Assembly: GCA_902794075.1 (NCBI GenBank)
Contig: CADBGE010000001.1
Coordinates: 342,477 to 400,076 of the forward strand
Direction: 5' to 3'
Length of the DNA stretch: 57,600 bases
Origin: an uncultured Erysipelotrichaceae bacterium
GTDB lineage: Bacteria; Bacillota_I; Bacilli_A; RF39; UBA660
A program made the position numbers and the translations under genes. This document shows, piece after piece, positions 48,254 through 54,818 of the stretch. How positions within the stretch are numbered: the first letter of the stretch is position 1; every line of letters begins with the position of its first letter. The notes under the pieces were generated by a model. The model was not told the origin of the DNA and made no database searches. It saw only the letters and a list, made by a program, of their open reading frames with translations.

Positions 48254-48972
48254 AATCATTAACAAACTATATTTATGAAAATAATTTTCACAAAAGTGAA
48301 ATAAAATCTGATAAATCATCTTTTATTTCATTATCTGAAAAACTTGTCATCAATAAAGATTTTAAAGAAGCTGTCGTAAAGCCTAAAAACATAGATGAAT
48401 TAAAAGAGTTCATTAATGAACGAATTGAAATGATGATTGATAGTAACACTGATGTATTAGACGTCGCAGGTATTGAATTTTCTTTATTTTCAAATAGAGA
48501 GAAACCATTATATATGTTATTTAATGATTCTTTAGAAAATGTTAAAAAAGATAATATAATTGTAGATGTTTCTAATTGGGATTTATGTAAATTGTCGCGT
48601 ATTGATTGTTTGTTTTATGACTGTAAATCTATTAAAAAGATTGTTGGGTTAGAAACATGGGATGTTTCAAATATAAGAGATTTTGCTGGTATGTTTTCAC
48701 AATGCAATAATTTAGAAGAAGTTGACTTATCTAATTGGAAATTAACCAACGCTATTACAACACTTGCCATGTTCTATGAATGTTTTAGTCTCAAAACGAT
48801 AAAAGGATTAGATACATGGACATTAAATAATAATAAAATTGATATGGACAATATGTTTATTGGATGTATAAATTTAAAAAATATCGGAAATATTGATTAT
48901 TGGTCTCCTGGATCACATAATAAAATGTTTGATAGCTGCAATAAGCAAATAATACCAAAATGGTATAATTAA
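48250..48972 (+). CDS. CTS-leader BspA-type LRR protein
   Basis: MKSLTNYIYE-NNFHKSEIKSDKSSFISLSE-KLVINKDF; LETWDVSNI..FAGMF repeats; IPKWYN. Confidence 0.85.
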   Translation: MKSLTNYIYENNFHKSEIKSDKSSFISLSEKLVINKDFKEAVVKPKNIDELKEFINERIEMMIDSNTDVLDVAGIEFSLFSNREKPLYMLFNDSLENVKKDNIIVDVSNWDLCKLSRIDCLFYDCKSIKKIVGLETWDVSNIRDFAGMFSQCNNLEEVDLSNWKLTNAITTLAMFYECFSLKTIKGLDTWTLNNNKIDMDNMFIGCINLKNIGNIDYWSPGSHNKMFDSCNKQIIPKWYN

Positions 48973-49019
48973 GCATAATACCAAAATGGTATAATTAAGC
49001 ATAATACCAAAATGGTATA
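48949..49019 (+). repeat. 26-bp tandem repeat (about 2.7 copies) duplicating a gene end
   Basis: ataataccaaaatggtataattaagc x2 + ataataccaaaatggtata. Confidence 0.92.
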
Positions 49020-49023
49020 GAAT

Positions 49024-49218
49024 TTAAACAAAATCAATTAAACAGATGTTTCTTTTCTTGTTATATTTAACTTTTTTAATTGGTACAATTTGTTCTGCAA
49101 CATATTGAAGATTTCCTTCTTTAGTTATGGAATATATTCCTTGTAGTTGATTGATTTCTATGTCGCCATGACGGGTTTCCATAGAATCAAGCAACATTCT
49201 TAAATCACTTATTTTCAT
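49024..49218 (-). CDS. Hypothetical protein
   Basis: 64 aa, ATGA-coupled. Confidence 0.6.
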   Translation of the reverse strand: MKISDLRMLLDSMETRHGDIEINQLQGIYSITKEGNLQYVAEQIVPIKKVKYNKKRNICLIDFV

Positions 49219-49526
49219 CCGACATATTTTTTAAATCCAATTGAATCAACAAAGTATTTAACACCATCAATCTCAACAATGTCACTTACAGAAAGTGAAC
49301 TACCATTAAATCCGTCAATAGTTGCAATATTAAACAAAGTGTAGACATATTCCAAAATGTGATCAACACCGTCATCAATATGACTTTCCCACGAAGTATT
49401 CTTAAAGGCGTTCTCAATAGTTGAATCATAAACTTCTGTATAATCCTTCATGGGAGCAAAGAATTTAACTCGACCTTTGAATTTAAAAGGATGGTCAATT
49501 GGCAATTGATAAATTTTTAGTGTCAT
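49215..49526 (-). CDS. YodL-like domain protein
   Basis: IYQL...Y..VY...LEYVYTLFN...GFNGSSLSVSDIV...YFVDSIGF. Confidence 0.75.
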   Translation of the reverse strand: MTLKIYQLPIDHPFKFKGRVKFFAPMKDYTEVYDSTIENAFKNTSWESHIDDGVDHILEYVYTLFNIATIDGFNGSSLSVSDIVEIDGVKYFVDSIGFKKYVG

Positions 49527-49551
49527 AGTTATATTGATTTTTTGTATAGAT

Positions 49552-49580
49552 AAAATATAAAAGTATCCTTAAAAATTCAA
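49552..49580 (-). promoter_or_regulatory. Promoter TTGAAT-N17-TATTTT
   Basis: Recurring motif; the -35 box overlaps the U-tract of the adjacent terminator. Confidence 0.6.
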
Positions 49581-49607
49581 AAGAGGTTAGAAAAAAATTC
49601 CAACCTC
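49579..49607 (-). terminator. Intrinsic terminator after the S1-domain gene
   Basis: Minus strand gaggttggaa...ttctaacctc followed by TTTT. Confidence 0.6.
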
Positions 49608-49647
49608 CAAACAAAAAACTATGGCAAAATATATTGTTTGTTTTTAA

Positions 49648-50724
49648 TCAACCAACAAGTCCAAACACAACTCGTGTATTACATCTAATTATATCACCCT
49701 TCTTGTTGGTAACAAACGGTTCCTGTCCTTCTTTAATTTCAAAGTCCATTGGATATACTGTTACAGCATCACCTGGCTTAAAATTCATAAGATCCATCTT
49801 ATCAACAGGCATAAGTCCAGTAATATACATTCCATCAAGCTCAACAAATACACCTGTTTTCTTACCACTATTTATAATACCAGTGACATGGCCTTGTAGA
49901 CTTTCAGGTTCAGCTTTAAAGTTCTCACTCTTTGTAAGCAAATATCTATTATAAATCTCAAACAAATGAATATTGCCTTTCATCTGAAGTAATAGCTTAC
50001 GAGATCCTACCAATGAATTCTCAACAACACCTTCACGATAATTAGTTCTAAACTCAACAAACTTCTGCGGAATGATAAGTACGTCTTCATCGATCCAACG
50101 CTCAAAATCATTTTCAATATTTAGTACAATAGCAGAACCAGGAATGAATACAGAATGCGTATAATCCTTTCCAGTTAATTCCTTAAGTGTTGAAATACTA
50201 GTATGGCACAGATATCCTCCCTTTGTTAATGAATCAATGTGTACTTCAATTGCATTCTTCTTATAAATGGATTCCTCAATAGCATGTTTCCATAGCTTAT
50301 ACATACCATTAATTACAGAAACAATATACTTACCTTTTTCATGTGAACGAACCTCAAACAGAAGACGATTATCATGATTAAGTAAATAATTCTGTACATG
50401 ATCCATGCATCCATTGAAATTTTCCTTACAAATGATTTCATCCTTAATTCCAGGCATATCAAATGTAATTCCATGCTTGTCAATCTCTTTTACCTCTGCA
50501 ATGTAGCAATTACCAAGTTCAAAATCAGGAACATCTACTACATTAACATTTACGTTTTCAAGATCTTCATCAAGCTCATAAAACTTCTTAAATGATTCTC
50601 CGATACTCATCTGTCCATAATTATTGGACATATAACGAATACGATCTCTTTCTTTTGTGAATACGGCTGCATCGTCCAAATCTTTTGCAACCAATAACTT
50701 CTTTGTATTTTTCTTATTTCCCAT
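49648..50724 (-). CDS. Multi-S1-domain RNA-binding protein (ribosomal protein S1-like)
   Basis: Three OB/S1-like segments: AEVKEIDKHGITF, HIDSLTKGGYL...VFIPGS, GHVTGI...GVFVEL...GLMP. Confidence 0.7.
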   Translation of the reverse strand: MGNKKNTKKLLVAKDLDDAAVFTKERDRIRYMSNNYGQMSIGESFKKFYELDEDLENVNVNVVDVPDFELGNCYIAEVKEIDKHGITFDMPGIKDEIICKENFNGCMDHVQNYLLNHDNRLLFEVRSHEKGKYIVSVINGMYKLWKHAIEESIYKKNAIEVHIDSLTKGGYLCHTSISTLKELTGKDYTHSVFIPGSAIVLNIENDFERWIDEDVLIIPQKFVEFRTNYREGVVENSLVGSRKLLLQMKGNIHLFEIYNRYLLTKSENFKAEPESLQGHVTGIINSGKKTGVFVELDGMYITGLMPVDKMDLMNFKPGDAVTVYPMDFEIKEGQEPFVTNKKGDIIRCNTRVVFGLVG

Positions 50725-50803
50725 AATGTGTATTTATGATCCCTATATGCAATGGGTGAGGGATCTTTTTAAAAGTATATTTATGATTTTATTTATGTAT
50801 TTA

Positions 50804-51097
50804 TTAAATAGCTTTTACTAAATTATCTGATGCATCAGGCTTCTTAGGATTACCGAAATTATCTATAGCCTTAAGACATACCCCAATGTCATTCCATTGA
50901 TATTCCTGAAGCTTTTCATCCTTCATCTTAACTTTTCCATATATAATATTTGGAACTTCACTAATGTCAACCTTTGTCACAATAACTTGACGACCATCCT
51001 TAGTCATAACCGGCTTTTCATCATTAATCCATTGCATATCTATATGGTTGCCACGCATTTCATTTATGTCTTTAATTTTTTCTGTATATGTTTTCAT
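50804..51097 (-). CDS. Small protein with T4-internal-protein-like N-terminus
   Basis: MKTYTEKIKDINE; KPVMTKDGRQV. Confidence 0.65.
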   Translation of the reverse strand: MKTYTEKIKDINEMRGNHIDMQWINDEKPVMTKDGRQVIVTKVDISEVPNIIYGKVKMKDEKLQEYQWNDIGVCLKAIDNFGNPKKPDASDNLVKAI

Positions 51098-51840
51098 ATA
51101 TTTTCTAAATAACTTTCAATAAATTTCTTAGTATCATTATCCAATCCACTTTTTTGACTTAATGCCCATTTAATGTAGTTCTTATCAATTTGACAAACCA
51201 TTTTTACTGGTAATGATCTATATTTACCGTATGAAAAACATGGCATTTCTTTATTCTCAAAAATCATATCCTTAATCATTCCAGAATCACCATATATCTT
51301 CACTGGATTAACATTTTCAGATTCATTTTGCCTTTTAAAGATTTCAATTGTAGCAGCAACATCAGCTAAAGAATTATGAGCAGTTAATTCGTCATCATTC
51401 ATTGAACGCCCAACATATCTTTCATAAACAGCTTCTAGGTTATTTGGATTACGTTTTCTTTCTTCTAAGCATGAATCATAACATTTACGATTAGTAAAAT
51501 CTATATGTTTTCCAATATCTCCAAGTTCTTTGTTAAGAAATGGCAAATCAAATACAGTACCATTAAATGTCAAAATGTCACAATCATCAAAAAACTTAAT
51601 GATGTCATCAGCTATATCTTTTAATGTTGGCTTATCAACTAAATGTTCTGGACGAATCTTATGTTTAATATATGCAGGAACGGATATTGCATAATTACCA
51701 ATAGGTCTAACATAACTATCGTATGTATCTAAAACTTCAAAAGTTTCTGGATTGAACTTGACCATACTAATTTGTATAATATGATCCCTAGTCTTATCAA
51801 CACCAGTAGTTTCTATGTCAAACGCAACAATATTTTTCAT
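51094..51840 (-). CDS. DEDDh 3'-5' exonuclease (DnaQ/epsilon-like)
   Basis: AFDIETTG, FNG..FDLPFL, AHNSLADV; C-terminal MPxFxYGKY module. Confidence 0.9.
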   Translation of the reverse strand: MKNIVAFDIETTGVDKTRDHIIQISMVKFNPETFEVLDTYDSYVRPIGNYAISVPAYIKHKIRPEHLVDKPTLKDIADDIIKFFDDCDILTFNGTVFDLPFLNKELGDIGKHIDFTNRKCYDSCLEERKRNPNNLEAVYERYVGRSMNDDELTAHNSLADVAATIEIFKRQNESENVNPVKIYGDSGMIKDMIFENKEMPCFSYGKYRSLPVKMVCQIDKNYIKWALSQKSGLDNDTKKFIESYLENI

Positions 51841-51863
51841 CTTAAATTATATAAAAAATTAAA

Positions 51864-52325
51864 TTAATATCCACCAAGTTCCTTTGCATGTTTCCAACAC
51901 TTATTTGCTGCTACATAATTGTTGTCAATAATTCGTGTTATATCATTAAAGGACTTATCCAACTCAAACTGAATAATGTCATAAAACTTACATGTTCTTT
52001 CAAATGCCTTTGCTTGCGCGCGACTAAGAGCAATATGCTGTCCCTTCAGCTTGTCAAAACTGTCAATATTGTCGCAAGTAGCACATGCTGAAACTTCAAA
52101 GCCAATCTTAATTGGATAATTAGTCTTTTTGTCAGTTGCATAATATTTGGCATTTGACTTATTAGCTGCTCTAAAAATAATGTCGGAATTAATCTTAAAA
52201 TCATTTAGAGGCCACTTACGTAAATCAATTTCATATGTCAGAGAACATTCTGTCTTATTACCATTTACGGCATAGCCAATCTTTACATAATCTACATTTG
52301 TTTTGTTTCTCATAATTTTATACAT
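51864..52325 (-). CDS. Hypothetical protein
   Basis: 153 aa; ATC...D.FD...G..IA..RA pattern, which I recall from other phage proteins. Confidence 0.7.
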   Translation of the reverse strand: MYKIMRNKTNVDYVKIGYAVNGNKTECSLTYEIDLRKWPLNDFKINSDIIFRAANKSNAKYYATDKKTNYPIKIGFEVSACATCDNIDSFDKLKGQHIALSRAQAKAFERTCKFYDIIQFELDKSFNDITRIIDNNYVAANKCWKHAKELGGY

Positions 52326-52406
52326 TAATTAGTTCAATATTCTATAATATATTTTTAATATATAATTTTCTTTTCAAGAAATTTAAAAAAAACATACACA
52401 AAAATC

Positions 52407-52892
52407 ATGAGTTCAATTATTATAAACACATCAAAGAATGCAACATCTACAACAGAACTTAACGAAGCTGAAATTGCAAAAAAGAACTTCAATAAAATGA
52501 GTGCTACTGATAGAATAAATGCGTTATATGACAAGTTAATGGATCATGAAGCACGTATTAGTGCTCTTGAACCAACTCCTGAACAACAAATAGAAGCAGG
52601 TGAAACTTATAACTTTACATCATATAGTGATGAAAACAGAACAACTCAATACGCAACAGGAACAGTTGAAACAACAGGTAATACAAAAACACTAGATGGA
52701 GAGAATTATACTGAAGTAGTAGTAACAAATAACACTGTTGCTGAATTTATTGATAAAAAGTATTATATAATATCAGACGCTCAGCTTTCTCTACCACCAG
52801 CAAATAAATATTCTGTATATCAATTATATGAATATAATGAAGATAATGATGCACTTCAGCCTGTAGAGATTTGGGTTACTATCACACAATAA
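52407..52892 (+). CDS. Hypothetical protein, possibly virion-associated
   Basis: 161 aa; short coiled coil plus a Thr-rich domain. Confidence 0.7.
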   Translation: MSSIIINTSKNATSTTELNEAEIAKKNFNKMSATDRINALYDKLMDHEARISALEPTPEQQIEAGETYNFTSYSDENRTTQYATGTVETTGNTKTLDGENYTEVVVTNNTVAEFIDKKYYIISDAQLSLPPANKYSVYQLYEYNEDNDALQPVEIWVTITQ

Positions 52893-52947
52893 AAAATATG
52901 AACGATATAAACAATTAAATACAAGAACTTAATAATTTAATAAATAT

Positions 52948-52980
52948 AAGAGTGTCGATTAGCTAATTGATACTCTTTTT
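52948..52980 (+). terminator. Intrinsic terminator
   Basis: aagagtgtcgatt/aattgatactctt stem (G-U pairs) plus a T-run. Confidence 0.75.
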
Positions 52981-53058
52981 CATTTATGTAATTACACTCT
53001 AAAAAGTTTTAGAAAAATATTTTTATATATAATTATTTATAATGAAATATTTACATAA

Positions 53059-54753
53059 ATGAAAAGAAAGACTAATTTGTTTTATACAACAGGACCAGAT
53101 AGTAAATTCATAACATTTAGTAATTATACTGAATCATTGACTGGAAATTTTTTAAGTACTGACACGAAGATATTTCCATCAAGATTTATAGCATTGTATA
53201 TAAAAGGACTTAATAAGGATACTAAGGCAGCATTAATCAAATATCTTGCTGATTATTATGAGAGCAAGCTTGCAGTGCTTCGTGATTACTTTGACTATAA
53301 TAAAAGTGACATTGAAAAAAGTGTTTCGCCACTTAACTATCTTCTTGAATCATTATTAAGAATTAAAGAAATAAAGTTAAATGAAGTAGTTGCTACACAT
53401 TCAATAGCAAATAATTCATATGTAAATTTCATTGAGAATGAAAATGAAACATCTAACTTAATATCTTATTCTGACGTCGTTAAATTCAAATATATATCTG
53501 ACATTACTGAGCAAGACTATAACGGAACATTTACTGACACTATATGTAATATAGATCTTCGTAAATTTGCATATATTTCATCAGTAGAATTAACAAATGA
53601 TTTTAATGATAACGTTGCACAGTTTGATGCTCAGACCTATCTTTATGGGTGGGATTCGTCAATTCCATCAGAATATGCAAATGAAAAAACTTTAGTTGAT
53701 AGTATACAAGGAATAAATCTTGATGTATATTATAAAGAAGAAACAACATATTATGGAGTAGAACAAGATCATTCTAGCTCATACACTACTTATGGAGGAA
53801 CGACTTATGTAGAATATTCATTGAACACTTATTTAGACAATGTGTTTGAACTAAAAGAATTATCAACAACTTATAATATAAATATAAATGATAATTCAGA
53901 AAATAATACTAATATTATATCATATGCTCTTCATTCAACTGATGAAGGACTTGAAGCCTTTAATCAACTCATAAATTCAAAGTTAAGTAACAATAATGAT
54001 AAGGTTATATTTTATGATGTAAATAACCAAGACATGATATATGTTTATGATGGTGCAAATGTTGAAGCACTTGATATGACTAAGAATAATGAATATAACA
54101 TTGACCCAGAAATAATTAAATTGAACATATCAACTTCATCAGATACTGAACTTGAATTTAACTGTATAATACCTTTATATGATATAGTTAATATAAATTA
54201 TAGATCTAATTTCAATACAATAGAAAGAATGATCTCATCATCAGGAACTGGTGAAATAGATCTTAATCCATCTGATAGTAATAAACTATATTGCGTCAAC
54301 GTTCCACTTGGCATGTGGATGTATACTGATGGTAAGATAAATGATGAGAACACTACATCTATTAAATTATATAAAGATACTGAAAGTGGTTTTTCACAGT
54401 CCTGGTCATTGACTATTGCTTCACAATTTAAACCATTCCCGTACTCAAGCAAGATGCCATCAGAATTGACTACAAATTCTAATACAAATGCATATGCAAC
54501 ATTTGCACAAGTATTGGCAAGTCAGTCAGCAATGATAGATAATTTTAATAAGATGACAAGAACAATTGCTTATATGAATGATCATATTCGTAATATGGAA
54601 AGTCAGCTCGCTAATTTAGGAACATCTTATAATATAGATAACATTCATAGAGAATTTAATAACTTTGAAATTGAAATGAACAACAAGTTCAATGATCTTA
54701 AAGATGATGTGATTAGTAAGTTAAGTTACCTAAGATGGCATACTACAATTTAA
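53059..54753 (+). CDS. Putative virion structural protein
   Basis: 564 aa with a C-terminal coiled coil; TATTTTTA motif upstream. Function is inferred. Confidence 0.6.
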   Translation: MKRKTNLFYTTGPDSKFITFSNYTESLTGNFLSTDTKIFPSRFIALYIKGLNKDTKAALIKYLADYYESKLAVLRDYFDYNKSDIEKSVSPLNYLLESLLRIKEIKLNEVVATHSIANNSYVNFIENENETSNLISYSDVVKFKYISDITEQDYNGTFTDTICNIDLRKFAYISSVELTNDFNDNVAQFDAQTYLYGWDSSIPSEYANEKTLVDSIQGINLDVYYKEETTYYGVEQDHSSSYTTYGGTTYVEYSLNTYLDNVFELKELSTTYNININDNSENNTNIISYALHSTDEGLEAFNQLINSKLSNNNDKVIFYDVNNQDMIYVYDGANVEALDMTKNNEYNIDPEIIKLNISTSSDTELEFNCIIPLYDIVNINYRSNFNTIERMISSSGTGEIDLNPSDSNKLYCVNVPLGMWMYTDGKINDENTTSIKLYKDTESGFSQSWSLTIASQFKPFPYSSKMPSELTTNSNTNAYATFAQVLASQSAMIDNFNKMTRTIAYMNDHIRNMESQLANLGTSYNIDNIHREFNNFEIEMNNKFNDLKDDVISKLSYLRWHTTI

Positions 54754-54818
54754 ATGAATTTCTAAAAAAGTTTAATTTTTAATATATACATATAATACAT
54801 ATTCATAATAGTAAGCGC

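Noticed and set aside
48952-48966. Hairpin at the IPxWY C-cap of LRR genes as a conserved recombination site
   Set aside because: Pro (CCA) and Trp (TGG) codons are reverse complements, so the palindrome follows from the protein motif.
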